Shown: piece after piece, positions 39,447 to 49,596 of the stretch | How positions within the stretch are numbered: position 1 is the stretch's first letter | Layout of the letters: each line of letters opens with the position of its first letter | From: Candidatus Saccharimonadales bacterium | Lineage (GTDB): Bacteria > Patescibacteriota > Saccharimonadia > Saccharimonadales > UBA4665 | DNA length: 64,000 nt | Reading direction: 5' to 3' | Assembly: GCA_035713075.1 (NCBI GenBank) | Contig: DASTAD010000025.1 | Span: 10,568 to 74,567 of the forward strand | The notes under the pieces: generated by a model | What the model saw: the letters and a program-made list of their open reading frames with translations, nothing else | The model's database searches: none | Told to the model about the DNA's origin: nothing | Position numbers and translations under genes: made by a program

Positions 39447-41168
39447 TTAATCAGCGTCTACTGGCGCCGGTTCAAGCGGCTTATCCCCATGCATATATTT
39501 ACCTCCGCGCATCCAGGAAGCGACGGCGGCGACTAAGCAAGCGACTATGGCGAAGCTAAGGACGACGATTAAGCCGTGCTTAAATGGCTGCCCTATCATC
39601 TGAGGAAAGTATTCCTTGGAGGTTAATTTAGAGCTGGCAGTGGGACTCAGTTTACTCAGCACGTTAGGGCCGAGCAGTGTTTTAAGCGGGTTGTAACCTA
39701 AGAAGGCGGCGAAAAGATAGCTGATTGCCGGCAAGTGCGATAGCTTCCCGGCCAGTGCCGCAGAGACGCCGTTCGTTGTCAGACCGTGATAAATGCTTGC
39801 CGGAACAGTAGCCGTCAAGCCGATGATCATGAGGCTAAAGAAAATACCTATCGATAACGGCATCCCGACATTCATGAATGTCGCCCGCATACCCGAGGCT
39901 ACGCCGCGGTTTTCCGCCGGCACGGAATTCATTATCCCGGCCGTATTTGGCGAAGAGAACAATCCGAAAGCCATTCCGTTAAGCAGCAGGATGCCCGCGA
40001 AGGGTAAATACGGGAAATTGACTGGCAGCAGCATCATCAGCCCAAAGCTCAAGGCCGCTAGAATCATGCCGCCGGTGGCGAAAGGACGGGCGCCGTACTT
40101 ATCCGATAGATATCCTGATATTGGCCCGGCTATAAGGAAACCGATGGTTGTCGGTAGCATATATATCCCCGCCCATAACGGCGTGTTAGAAAAGGCGTAA
40201 CCATGAAGAGGCAGCCATATTCCTTGGAGCCACATTATCAGCATGAACTGTAATCCTCCCCTGCCCATAGCTGCGGTCAGCCCAGCTATATTTCCGGCGG
40301 TGAAGGCTCTGATGCGAAACAGACTAAGGGCGAACATCGGCTCCTTAACTTTGCTTTCGATAAACACGAATAATCCGAGAATTAGGAGACCGGCGACTAT
40401 CAGTTCGATCACCATCGGATTTGCCCATCCCATTGCCGATGAACCATATGGCCTAATGCCGTAAGTGATGCCGATCAGTAAAGATCCTAAACCGACGGCG
40501 AAAGTTATATTGCCCAGCCAATCGATCTTGGCTTTATGGAACTTATCTATTTCCTGGAGGGCTATAACCGACCATATCGTCCCAATTATCCCTATAGGGA
40601 CGTTGAATAAGAAGACCCAGCGCCAAGAGAACTGCGCCAGGAAACCGCCGACGAGTATGCCGACGAACGACCCGGCTAAGGCCGCTATCTGATTTATTCC
40701 TAGTGCCATGCCCCGTTGATCTGAGGGAAATGCGTCAGTTAAGATGGCCGCCGAGTTGGCCATTAACATCGCTCCGCCTATAGCCTGGATCATGCGCGAG
40801 AAGATAATCTCCAGTGCCCCGCTCGTGCCATGGCTCCAAGTCGCGGCCGCCGCCAGGGCCCCTAGAGTGAAGATAATGAAACCGAGGTTGTACATTTTTA
40901 CTCTGCCGAACATATCCCCTAACCTGCCTAAGGAAACGACGAATATGGCGGTCACCAGCATGTAACCTAAGAGTATCCATAACAGATAGATAAAGCTGCC
41001 GGGGCTGAGTGGATTTATTCGTATGCCGCGGAAAATGACTGGCAGCGCTATTATCAGGCTGGTGGCGTTCAGGGCGGCCATCAGTATTCCCAAGGTTGTA
41101 TTGGATAGGGCAATCCATTTGTAATGGGGACTCTGTTTATAGGTGTGATTAAGAATTTTTTGAAACAT
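39447..41168 (-). CDS. MFS transporter, DHA2 (EmrB/QacA-like, 14-TM)
   Basis: 573 aa, about 14 TM segments, motif A-like GRLGDMFGRVKMY. Confidence 0.85.
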   Translation of the reverse strand: MFQKILNHTYKQSPHYKWIALSNTTLGILMAALNATSLIIALPVIFRGIRINPLSPGSFIYLLWILLGYMLVTAIFVVSLGRLGDMFGRVKMYNLGFIIFTLGALAAAATWSHGTSGALEIIFSRMIQAIGGAMLMANSAAILTDAFPSDQRGMALGINQIAALAGSFVGILVGGFLAQFSWRWVFLFNVPIGIIGTIWSVIALQEIDKFHKAKIDWLGNITFAVGLGSLLIGITYGIRPYGSSAMGWANPMVIELIVAGLLILGLFVFIESKVKEPMFALSLFRIRAFTAGNIAGLTAAMGRGGLQFMLIMWLQGIWLPLHGYAFSNTPLWAGIYMLPTTIGFLIAGPISGYLSDKYGARPFATGGMILAALSFGLMMLLPVNFPYLPFAGILLLNGMAFGLFSSPNTAGIMNSVPAENRGVASGMRATFMNVGMPLSIGIFFSLMIIGLTATVPASIYHGLTTNGVSAALAGKLSHLPAISYLFAAFLGYNPLKTLLGPNVLSKLSPTASSKLTSKEYFPQMIGQPFKHGLIVVLSFAIVACLVAAVASWMRGGKYMHGDKPLEPAPVDAD

Positions 41169-41758
41169 TACTTCGCCTTTTCTATTTTATCCGGCTGGTT
41201 GCCTCCCTCCCCCGCGCTAATCCATTGGCTAGAGTTCAAAACCGCCGCTTGGCGGGGAAAAACGCGGCTGATGAGAAGTTCATGTACTTGCTGGTCGAAA
41301 TCGACGCATAAGTCTTCCAGAACACTCAATTTAAAATCTTTGTCTGCCGCCTCGCGGACAGTCGATAAGACGACTCCACTTGTTGCTATGCCGCAAAGAA
41401 CTAAGTTGGTTATACCGTTTGATCTTAAGATCATCTCCAGATCACTGCCGCTAAACGCGCTCACGCGCTTTTTTTGTATCAAGATGTCATTGTCTGTCAG
41501 CGACAACATCGGCATTGGATTAATCAAGGCGTCGTCCTGGGAAGAGGCTTTTATTGCCGAAAAAGACTTGTTTGTCAGATTGATTTCTGGCATGCCTTTT
41601 CGAAAGCCAACGACAATATAAATAACCTTAATCTCATTTTTATGAGCGTAGTCAACGGCTTGACTGACTCTTTTTAAATACTCGTCTTGATTGTCGATTC
41701 GCTGGACGATCGACGGCTGGACGTCCTTAACCAGCAATGCGCTTTTTTCTTGGCTCAT
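41168..41758 (-). CDS. isochorismatase-family cysteine hydrolase
   Basis: ALLVKDVQ and the nucleophile context LVLCGIATSGVVLSTVREA. Confidence 0.8.
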   Translation of the reverse strand: MSQEKSALLVKDVQPSIVQRIDNQDEYLKRVSQAVDYAHKNEIKVIYIVVGFRKGMPEINLTNKSFSAIKASSQDDALINPMPMLSLTDNDILIQKKRVSAFSGSDLEMILRSNGITNLVLCGIATSGVVLSTVREAADKDFKLSVLEDLCVDFDQQVHELLISRVFPRQAAVLNSSQWISAGEGGNQPDKIEKAK

Positions 41759-41891
41759 TGATATTAGCTTTTTCTCCTTAGCTATATATTATATAGCATC
41801 TTCATGGCGTATTTAACTCAAATACGCTAACCCTTCAAGGTAGGATTATTTATAAGCGGTTTATAGTCTTTTGCTTTATCATGAATGTTAT

Positions 41892-43229
41892 ATGAAATAT
41901 GCCGATAGGGTGCTTACGGAATTGCAGGAACGTTACAAGAGCGAACCGGAGTTTTTACAGGCGGCCGAAGGCGTGTTAGCTTCGATCGGCGACTACGTTG
42001 AAGACCATAGCGATATCGAGAAATACGGTATATTAGATAGACTTGTTGAGCCCGACCGGATCTTAACTTTCCGGGTGACCTGGATAGACGGCGCCGGCAA
42101 AGCCCAGACAAACCGCGGCTACCGCGTGCAATTTTCCAATGCAATCGGACCCTATAAGGGCGGACTGAGGTTTCATCCGACCGTCAATCAAAGCATCTTG
42201 AAGTTCCTCGGCTTTGAACAGATATTTAAGAACAGTTTGACGGGTCTATGGCTGGGCGGCGCCAAAGGCGGTTCCGACTTTGACCCTAAAGGTAAATCTG
42301 ACGCCGAAGTAATGAGCTTTTGCGAATCATTCATGACGGAATTATTTAATTATATCGGTCCCGATACCGACGTTCCGGCTGGCGATATCGGTGTCGGAGA
42401 ACGAGAGATAGGCTACCTTTATGGCTGGTATAAGAAGTTGGCGAACCAGTTTCATGGATCCTTAACTGGAAAAGGAGCGGATTGGGGAGGCAGCAGTCTT
42501 CGCCCTCAAGCAACTGGCTACGGCCTGATTTATTTCGTCGAAGCGATGCTCCAAGAAATGAATCAAAAATTAGAAGGTAAGAAAATTATTATTTCCGGCT
42601 CCGGCAATGTCTCCCAATACGCCGCCGAAAAGGCGGTCGAACAAGGCGCTAAAGTTATTACCCTCAGCGACTCCGACGGTTATATTTTAGATAGCGAAGG
42701 ACTGAATGAAGAGAAACTCCAGTTCGTCAAAGAGCTAAAGAACATCCGCCGGGGGCGCATCAGCGAGTATGCTAATAAGTATAAGAGCGCTAAATTTTTC
42801 AAAGACCAGAAGCCGTGGAGCGAAGAAGCCGATATCTATCTCCCCTGCGCTACGCAAAATGAAATTGACGGCGACCAGGCAAAGAAGATAGCCGGCAGTA
42901 GGCCTATCTTAGTAGCCGAAGGCGCAAACATGCCGACAACGCCGCAGGCTGTAAGAGTCTTTAAGCAAGCGGAGATCCTGCACGCTCCAGACAAAGCCAG
43001 TAACGCCGGTGGCGTGGCTGTATCGGGACTGGAAATGAGTCAAAATATGGCTAATCTGGCCTGGGAAAAGGAAGACGTCGACAAGCGGCTACATAAGATT
43101 ATGAACGAAATCCATGATAAATGCGTCAAATACGGCCAGGCCGGCGGAAATATAGATTATATAAAAGGCGCCGATATAGCGGGTTTTGCCCGCGTGGCCG
43201 ATGCGATGTTATCGCAAGGCGTTTGGTAA
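41892..43229 (+). CDS. gdhA: NADP-specific glutamate dehydrogenase
   Basis: YKGGLRFHP and the catalytic Lys region GGAKGGSDFDPKGKS. Rossmann segment ISGSGNVSQY. Confidence 0.92.
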   Translation: MKYADRVLTELQERYKSEPEFLQAAEGVLASIGDYVEDHSDIEKYGILDRLVEPDRILTFRVTWIDGAGKAQTNRGYRVQFSNAIGPYKGGLRFHPTVNQSILKFLGFEQIFKNSLTGLWLGGAKGGSDFDPKGKSDAEVMSFCESFMTELFNYIGPDTDVPAGDIGVGEREIGYLYGWYKKLANQFHGSLTGKGADWGGSSLRPQATGYGLIYFVEAMLQEMNQKLEGKKIIISGSGNVSQYAAEKAVEQGAKVITLSDSDGYILDSEGLNEEKLQFVKELKNIRRGRISEYANKYKSAKFFKDQKPWSEEADIYLPCATQNEIDGDQAKKIAGSRPILVAEGANMPTTPQAVRVFKQAEILHAPDKASNAGGVAVSGLEMSQNMANLAWEKEDVDKRLHKIMNEIHDKCVKYGQAGGNIDYIKGADIAGFARVADAMLSQGVW

Positions 43230-43401
43230 AAGCAAGTCAAAAAAGAATCGGTAATACAATAAAGCGCTGTCAGTCACCGCATTTTTTAGTTGAGTCATTT
43301 CGGCGCGTAAATAATTCCGCACTATTTACTGATGGCTTTAAAGTGGTATTTTATTAAGTGATATCCTAACAATTTAATAGTAATAAAAGGAACTTGCAAA
43401 G

Positions 43402-44598
43402 ATGTATAAGACTGCCCTGGACAAGATTCTTCGCAAAATCAGAAACGGTGCCATAAAAGTGACGTATTGGGACGGTACGGAACAAACTTATGGCGTTGGC
43501 GAGCCGCTGGTGCACGTCACCATAAAAGATAAAAAAGCGGTCCGGGCAATGCTAACTAACCTGTCATTAGGCTTCGGCGAATGTTACATGAACGGCCTGA
43601 TTGACGTTGACGGCCCGATTGACCAAATAAATCGTTTAGCGACTGAGAATAAACCGACGGCCAAAATGTTCCAGAAGCTGCGCTGGGTCAAAGCCAAGAA
43701 CATCAACGTTCAACAGAATCAACGCAAGCAAGTCTCGCACCACTATGATATAGGCAATGATTTCTATCATATGTGGCTGGACAAGTCGATGACTTACAGT
43801 TGTGCTTATTTTCGCAAACCAAGTGACAGCTTAGAGCAGGCTCAAGCCCAGAAAGTTGACCATTTGCTGCGCAAGCTTCAACTTAATAAAGGCGATTCGA
43901 TGCTGGATATCGGTTCCGGGTGGGGCACGCTGCTAATCCAGGCAGCCAAGAACTACGGCGTCACCGGCTTAGGCATCACGCTCAGCCATAACCAGCAAAA
44001 GCACTCGACTCAAGCTGCTAAAGCCGCCGGCGTCGATAAGCTGGTTAAGTTCGAGCTGATTAATTACCAGGAGCTCGCGAAACGGGACGTAAAATTCGAC
44101 CGCATAATCTCTGTCGGAATGTACGAGCATGTCGGCCGTAATAATCACGGCGATTATTTTAAAGCCGTCGATAAGATGTTAAAAGACAAAGGTATTTCTG
44201 TCCTCCATTCAATAACCCATACCCACGAAACCGCTCAGGACCCATGGATAGACAAATACATCTTCCCGGGAGGATATATTCCTAGCGTTAGGGAAACAAT
44301 TCACCGGATGCCGACTCATAATTTCCAGTTAATAGATTATGAGAATCTGAGGATACATTATTCTATGACCTTAGACGAATGGTTAAGGCGATTCGAAGAG
44401 CACAAAGATAAAGTACTCAAGATGTACGACGAAAAGTTTTACAGGATGTGGCGGATGTACCTTGGCAGCGCTTCGGCGGCCTTCCGTTACGGCGATATTA
44501 ACTTGTCCCAGTTCGTTTTTACAAAAGGTAATAATAACGACTTGCCACTGACTCGGGAGCATTTATACCTCACGAGTTCGGGTAAGCCATTAGCATAG
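43402..44598 (+). CDS. cfa: cyclopropane-fatty-acyl-phospholipid synthase family methyltransferase
   Basis: HYDIGNDFY and the SAM motif MLDIGSGWGTL. Overall CFA-synthase layout. Confidence 0.88.
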   Translation: MYKTALDKILRKIRNGAIKVTYWDGTEQTYGVGEPLVHVTIKDKKAVRAMLTNLSLGFGECYMNGLIDVDGPIDQINRLATENKPTAKMFQKLRWVKAKNINVQQNQRKQVSHHYDIGNDFYHMWLDKSMTYSCAYFRKPSDSLEQAQAQKVDHLLRKLQLNKGDSMLDIGSGWGTLLIQAAKNYGVTGLGITLSHNQQKHSTQAAKAAGVDKLVKFELINYQELAKRDVKFDRIISVGMYEHVGRNNHGDYFKAVDKMLKDKGISVLHSITHTHETAQDPWIDKYIFPGGYIPSVRETIHRMPTHNFQLIDYENLRIHYSMTLDEWLRRFEEHKDKVLKMYDEKFYRMWRMYLGSASAAFRYGDINLSQFVFTKGNNNDLPLTREHLYLTSSGKPLA

Positions 44599-44607
44599 GA
44601 GAAAAAC

Positions 44608-44928
44608 ATGGTCCATCTATATATTTATTGTTTCGTATCCGGTCTGCTGGCCGCAAACGGCGTGCCGCATTTCGTTCAGGGTATTTCCGGCAATGAGCAT
44701 ATGACGCCATTCGGCAAGCCTTCGTCGGCCCTAGTTAACGTGATTTGGGGTTTAGTTAACCTCTTCGTCGGCGGTATACTGCTTCATTTAGCCCATCCGC
44801 ACGCTCACGAGCTTAGGGCATTCGTCATGTTCAGTTTAGGCGCGCTTGTTATAAGCGTTATTCTTGCGACCTTCTGGTCACAGCATCCGCAGTATAATAG
44901 CCCCTCTAAAATCCGACTAAAAACTTAA
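44608..44928 (+). CDS. small 3-TM membrane protein
   Basis: 106-aa hydrophobic ORF that starts 10 nt after cfa. Confidence 0.45.
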   Translation: MVHLYIYCFVSGLLAANGVPHFVQGISGNEHMTPFGKPSSALVNVIWGLVNLFVGGILLHLAHPHAHELRAFVMFSLGALVISVILATFWSQHPQYNSPSKIRLKT

Positions 44929-45797
44929 GCTTTAGTTCCCGGCTTCTGCTGGGTAGCAATTTGTTTAAAGGCGCTTGTCAGGTGAGTGATAATGTCACTG
45001 GCAATAAGAAAAGGTTGAGTTAACTGTTCGGTGGCCAGATCTCCTGCCAGGCCATGGATATACACTGCCGCCTGCGCGGCTTCATAGGGCTTAAGACCTT
45101 GCGCTAAAAAAGACCCGATAATACCGCTTAAGACATCGCCGCTGCCGGCTGTCGCCATCCCGGGATTGCCCGTATCGTTTCTGCAAGCCGCTTTACCTTG
45201 TTGATTGATGTAGGTACGTCGGCCCTTAAGAACCAGAGTAACTTTGTTGATTGAAGCAAAGTTAGCGGCAATCTTATTTATTTCATTTCTTTGACTAGGT
45301 AAATCAGTCCCGACCAGGCGCTTGAACTCACCTTCGTGGGGAGTAAGTATAATCTTTTTAGTCGCGTTTAATACGGTCAAGTTTGTAGCTAGCAGACTTA
45401 ATGCGCCGCCGTCGACAACCATCGGCACCAGGCAGCTACCGATCAAGTGGTCGAAGATTAACCGCGACTGCGGATCTGGCTTCATGCCCGGCCCTATAAC
45501 AACCGCGCTGACTTTTCGTACTGATATGAAATCGGCGATACTGTCGGCGGCTGTTTGAGGGTTCTTTGGCAGCGGTAGTGTCATGATTTCCGGCGGCGTA
45601 AGTAAAGAATGGCTGTCACTTGAAGTATCGAGTGCTATGGTAACTAAGCCGGCCCCTGATCGAAGCGCGGCAATAGCCGATAAGATTTGCGCTCCCCTCA
45701 TGCCGGACGAACCACCAATTATCAGCACGTGACCGTAGTCGTACTTATGGCTATCTGCCTTCCGGAAGAGAATTTTATTAAATAAGCTTAAATCCAT
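44925..45797 (-). CDS. nnrD: ADP-dependent NAD(P)H-hydrate dehydratase
   Basis: KYDYGHVLIIGGS, and GSGDVLSGIIG matches the family GxGDxLxG motif. Confidence 0.88.
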   Translation of the reverse strand: MDLSLFNKILFRKADSHKYDYGHVLIIGGSSGMRGAQILSAIAALRSGAGLVTIALDTSSDSHSLLTPPEIMTLPLPKNPQTAADSIADFISVRKVSAVVIGPGMKPDPQSRLIFDHLIGSCLVPMVVDGGALSLLATNLTVLNATKKIILTPHEGEFKRLVGTDLPSQRNEINKIAANFASINKVTLVLKGRRTYINQQGKAACRNDTGNPGMATAGSGDVLSGIIGSFLAQGLKPYEAAQAAVYIHGLAGDLATEQLTQPFLIASDIITHLTSAFKQIATQQKPGTKA

Positions 45798-45927
45798 TAT
45801 ATTAAACTCGGGTGACTATCAGATTCTATATTGAAGTCCGCTGGCGTTTATCGCAGTCAAAATAGATACTTTTAAAGGCTAGTAGTTAGTAGACAAAAAT
45901 CCCATATACCAGCCAGCGGGAGCTAGT

Positions 45928-46971
45928 TTAGCGTCTTCGCCTGGAAGCGGATAGATCAGGATTGTCCCAGCCAAAATCCGTCGATTTAACGTTCGTGCCA
46001 GGAGGAACTATCTCGTCTATCTTATCTAGCAGTTCGTCTGGCAAACGAATATGCGCCGCCTCTAACTGCGAGGTCAGTTGTTCCATCGTTCTCGGCCCTA
46101 TAATCGCCGAACTAACGGCTGGATGCCGGATAGTAAAAGCTACCGCCATCGTCGGTAAAGACAGATCATAGTCACTCGCAAGTTTAAGCAGTGAGTCGGC
46201 AGCTTCAAGCTTGGCCCTATTGCCCGCGATATTCATATCGAACATTTCCGGTCGTCTTTGGCTTCGACTGCTGATTGGAGCTTTTTCTCCTTTCTTCCAC
46301 TTTCCGGAAAGCCAACCGCCTGCCAGCGGACTCCAGATAATCGCGCCCATGCCGTAACGTTTGATAGTCGGAAGGACATCAGCCTCAATCGCCCGCGACA
46401 TAATTGAATAAGGCGGCTGTTCGCAGACGAACCTTTCCCTTCCCCTTTGCTGGGCGACCCACTGGCCTTCGACTATTCGTGAAGCCGGAAAAGTCGACGA
46501 ACCGATAGCCCGAACCTTGCCCATCCGGATTAAGTCGCTCAAGGCGCCTAAGGTTTCGTCGATGTCGGTGTCTTCCTCCGGCCGATGTATCTGGTAAAGA
46601 TCAATCCAGTCCGTTTGTAGCCGTCTGAGGCTGTTATCTACCTCTTGCATGATCCATCTTCTCGAATTCCCCCGGGCGTTCGGGTCGTCGCCCATGGCTC
46701 CATGCACCTTGGTTGCTAGTATGACGTTTTGCCGCTTACCGCCCTTTAAGGCTTTACCGACTATTTCTTCAGATTCTCCTGAAGAATAGACGTCAGCCGT
46801 ATCGACGAAATTAATACCTTCGTCGATTGCCCGATGAATTATTTTAATTGAATCGTCGTGGTCCTCGTTACCCCATTTCCCAAACATCATTGCGCCTAAG
46901 CATAGCGCGCTGACTTTTATGCCGGTTTTTCCAAGCGTCCTTAGCGGCATATCTGTTTGCGTTCTGGACAT
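45928..46971 (-). CDS. aldo/keto reductase
   Basis: LCLGAMMFG, FVDTADVYSSGESE, and the IGPRTMEQL C-terminal motif. Confidence 0.88.
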   Translation of the reverse strand: MSRTQTDMPLRTLGKTGIKVSALCLGAMMFGKWGNEDHDDSIKIIHRAIDEGINFVDTADVYSSGESEEIVGKALKGGKRQNVILATKVHGAMGDDPNARGNSRRWIMQEVDNSLRRLQTDWIDLYQIHRPEEDTDIDETLGALSDLIRMGKVRAIGSSTFPASRIVEGQWVAQQRGRERFVCEQPPYSIMSRAIEADVLPTIKRYGMGAIIWSPLAGGWLSGKWKKGEKAPISSRSQRRPEMFDMNIAGNRAKLEAADSLLKLASDYDLSLPTMAVAFTIRHPAVSSAIIGPRTMEQLTSQLEAAHIRLPDELLDKIDEIVPPGTNVKSTDFGWDNPDLSASRRRR

Positions 46972-47267
46972 AGCCCTCCTTACTTACAATTACAAAAATC
47001 TGTTTGCTTTCTGCGTTAAAGGTTACTGAAAATATTTTAAGTCCTCAACCTATTAGATAACTGAATGAAACTATAAAATGTGCATCGGGCTTTTCTAGGA
47101 TCTCTTTTTAAAGGCTAGTCTTAATGGAGCATTAAGAAAAGAGCCGCGTTCGGTAACGGAGAATAATAATAGCAACTACCCTGTCTGATCCTTGCAAATA
47201 CAAAGAAAAGTAGTAGAATAAGTTTATTAATACTGTTCCACAATACGGAACGGTGAAGGAAGAGAAT

Positions 47268-48260
47268 ATGAGCCATGAACGATTAGGTGATCTTATTACA
47301 AATAACCGGGCAGCAGTAGCTGCAAGCGTTGCGGTCCTGGCACTTGGAGCAGGGGCAACTCTTAGAACCAATACCGCCAAAGCCGACACTGTAACCGACA
47401 CGCCGGCAGAGTGCATGGCCGACGGGTTGTATTCGCTTACTGGTGGCATGATGCAAATTGATTCAACAGGCACAATTACTCAGCTGGAAGTAGCTGGAGC
47501 GGCATTGCCAGCGGATTGTGACGGACAAGTCTGGCGCACTGTCACTGTCGAGCAGCTTGCCGGCACAGATCCACAAAACCTATCTCCCAATACAAATTCG
47601 TATGATGTTTTTGATGGCAATGGCGCCTTTGATAACACGATCAACGCGCAGATGATTAACCCTTACGCCTGCGGAACTTATTACCAACAAGAAACTACTT
47701 TTTCGGTAACTACTGTCAGTCCTAATGCAGGTTTAGCGCCAGAAAGTAAGACCTACTTGAGTACAGAGTCTGAGCAGAATTGCCAACCGGCAACCACTGG
47801 CAGCGGAAGCGGTGCACCTAGTGGCAGCGGTTCGGGAACTACTGTATCGCCACAGCCGAGCGAGGCTCAGAAAATAAAGAGCTGTGAGATTGACGCCGTA
47901 GATAGCGTCCGCTACATCTCGATGCAGTATCTTAAGCCGGCACATCATCAGTACAAACGGGTCAGACAAATTGTTAAAGCCGACGCTTTACCGAAGTCCT
48001 GCGATAATCTTGTTCAGAGGAAAATAGAAGTCCAAGCCAGATTAGGCCGAAAGGGTCACGTTAAACCTGATAGTCGTTACGAGACACTTGATACCCGCGA
48101 TGGAAAGATTTACGAATACATCAATCAAACACTAAAGCACGCCTGGAGAAGCGGCGAGAAAACCCAGCAGGCAGTAAAAGTTATTGCTACTCCTATGAAG
48201 GCTTATGACGGCTACGGCGTTAAGCCTATGACTAAACAGTACTTCACTAAAGCCGCCTAA
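47268..48260 (+). CDS. secreted two-domain hypothetical protein with Gly/Ser linker
   Basis: Signal/anchor AAVAASVAVLALGAGA. Central TGSGSGAPSGSGSGTT linker. A duplicated Cys-containing motif (ALPADCDGQVWRTVTVEQ and ALPKSCDNLVQRKIEVQ). The ATG at 47268 follows GAAGGAAGAG. Confidence 0.55.
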   Translation: MSHERLGDLITNNRAAVAASVAVLALGAGATLRTNTAKADTVTDTPAECMADGLYSLTGGMMQIDSTGTITQLEVAGAALPADCDGQVWRTVTVEQLAGTDPQNLSPNTNSYDVFDGNGAFDNTINAQMINPYACGTYYQQETTFSVTTVSPNAGLAPESKTYLSTESEQNCQPATTGSGSGAPSGSGSGTTVSPQPSEAQKIKSCEIDAVDSVRYISMQYLKPAHHQYKRVRQIVKADALPKSCDNLVQRKIEVQARLGRKGHVKPDSRYETLDTRDGKIYEYINQTLKHAWRSGEKTQQAVKVIATPMKAYDGYGVKPMTKQYFTKAA

Positions 48261-48631
48261 GTTTTAGTAGCACATTTAGAGACTTGGACGCTAGAAATGT
48301 GCGGAGTGTATTCGGATTAATTTAAAATAGCTTCATGCATATGCGGCATCAATGCTATAGGGCGTTAATTAGGAATCGCTATTTTACTTCAGGACGGTTG
48401 TATGGGTTGACTACATTCAATTAAAGCGGCGGACTGGTAACCGGCTGCTTGGCGGCTAAATGTCTGGCTTTTCCTAGTAGAGTACGGTTATACAGTTATC
48501 TTTCTGCGCCACTAGCATTAGCTGTACAGCCTTTGAAATCAGTTATGATCTTAAGATAAGCCCCGCAAGTTTTTAAGAACGTTGCCCCGTTAGAAGAAAA
48601 AACAAGCCCATTAACTAAATCAGTTTTTATA

Positions 48632-49309
48632 TTACCCGTCGGTAAAATGATATCGGAAGCTATAGTGGCCGATGCTCCCAGGCTGCCAATTTTTAGATGA
48701 TTGGTATAATCCTTTCAAAAAATTTTGTTTTTGTAGATCATTGAGACTTTGGTTATTCTTATGCACTTCGCAGAGAGCTAATGTACCAAGCCATAAGGAC
48801 GTGTTCAGCCGGTGTTGATCTTCTACTTTAGCCATTTCAGAATCGACCTCGAGCACAACTTTATAAGATTTCGGAAAAAGAATCGGAAAAAGGCTAGTCA
48901 GTTTATTTTTCTTCTTTTTATTTAGCATTATTGATATAGGCTGGTTAAGCCCGGCAGCGCTTGCTCCATCTACTAGCTTTAAATAGTTAGCATCAACTGT
49001 TGCCGGCTTTTCGAATGGAGCTAGTGGGCCCGAACTTAATATAGGAACCAAAATGCCAGTTTCTTCTAGCTCAGTCGATTTTCCATATTCTGTTTCGCAG
49101 ATCAGTTCCACCTGCCGTGAAGGTGGTGACGTGATTCTTAGTTTTCGGATCCTATTGATAATGTAATTATGAATATTATATTTACGATTTGCTAACTTCC
49201 ATCTGACATTGTTAAAGTTCATATTAGAAATTTCAAACTCATGATTATCTCTTACCTGCCAACCGGATGTATTAATAGCATCGATGAAACTACTTGATTC
49301 TTGTGGCAA
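48632..49309 (-). CDS. island orphan protein (225 aa)
   Basis: ORF only. TTG start is uncertain (the next Met is at 49222). No recognisable motif. AT-rich. Confidence 0.4.
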   Translation of the reverse strand: MPQESSSFIDAINTSGWQVRDNHEFEISNMNFNNVRWKLANRKYNIHNYIINRIRKLRITSPPSRQVELICETEYGKSTELEETGILVPILSSGPLAPFEKPATVDANYLKLVDGASAAGLNQPISIMLNKKKKNKLTSLFPILFPKSYKVVLEVDSEMAKVEDQHRLNTSLWLGTLALCEVHKNNQSLNDLQKQNFLKGLYQSSKNWQPGSIGHYSFRYHFTDG

Positions 49310-49475
49310 TTCCTAAATTTCGTAAGGTAGTTGTTGGGAGGGCATAGGGGATATATTTATCCTGTCACCTCGGTTGAAATCTTGCATAGCACATTCATAG
49401 CAAGTATGGCTTTACCAGAAGTTATAGTTGCAACTTCAGCTTGGGTCAGCCAAGAATAGCAGAACAAAATCTTAT

Positions 49476-49506
49476 GGTCCCTCCCTTAGTGGGCGACCTT
49501 TGCAAC
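49476..49506 (-). promoter_or_regulatory. island intergenic motif, copy 1
   Basis: Gene-strand reading is GTTGCAAAGGTCGCCCACTAAGGGAGGGACC. It lies just downstream of the terminator of the preceding unit and about 170 nt upstream of the 225-aa ORF. Confidence 0.7.
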
Positions 49507-49552
49507 ATTAATGAAGAAGTGCCATATTGTAAGTTTTTATTAGTTCCGAATT

Positions 49553-49574
49553 AAAAAGCCCGGCAAAGCCGAGC
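49553..49574 (-). terminator. rho-independent terminator of the Gly-rich peptide gene
   Basis: Gene-strand GCTCGGC-TTT-GCCGGGC-TTTTT is a 7-bp stem (one G-U), 23 nt after the stop at 49597. Confidence 0.7.
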
Positions 49575-49596
49575 TCTTTAGTGTTTTATTAAGACC

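Noticed and set aside
45870-47119. 14-bp direct repeat TTTTAAAGGCTAGT on both sides of the aldo/keto reductase gene (45870-45883 and 47106-47119).
   Set aside because: Several identical 14-mer pairs are expected by chance in 64 kb (order of 10 counting both strands). There are no other signs of mobility around this gene.
47132-47473. 113-aa minus-strand ORF overlapping the start of the secreted-protein gene, and many similar antisense ORFs in the track (for example 822-1232, 6424-6774, 17088-17711, 39793-40200, 40735-41118, 54416-54742).
   Set aside because: They lie entirely or largely inside, and antisense to or out of frame with, longer ORFs that carry clear family motifs. Their products are low complexity. 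They are treated as shadow ORFs.
48426-48459. Possible decayed direct repeat of the tRNA-Asn T-arm/anticodon-arm region (GCGGCGGACTGGTAACCGGCTGCTTGGCGGCTAA against ..CCGGGGACTGGATTCGAACCAGCGACCTAGTGGTTAA) as the left att site of the island.
   Set aside because: It shares only a 7-mer, a 4-mer and scattered identities, and needs a 4-nt gap. That is too degenerate to distinguish from chance by eye. It is a place to look when defining the island's left end, not a feature.
48575-48600. Possible sixth, oppositely oriented copy of the island motif (AGTTTTTAAGAACGTTGCCCCGTTAGAAG).
   Set aside because: It matches only AAGAACGT and a C-run followed by TTAG. It needs an insertion and lacks the GGGGAG end. 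It is not convincingly a member of the family.
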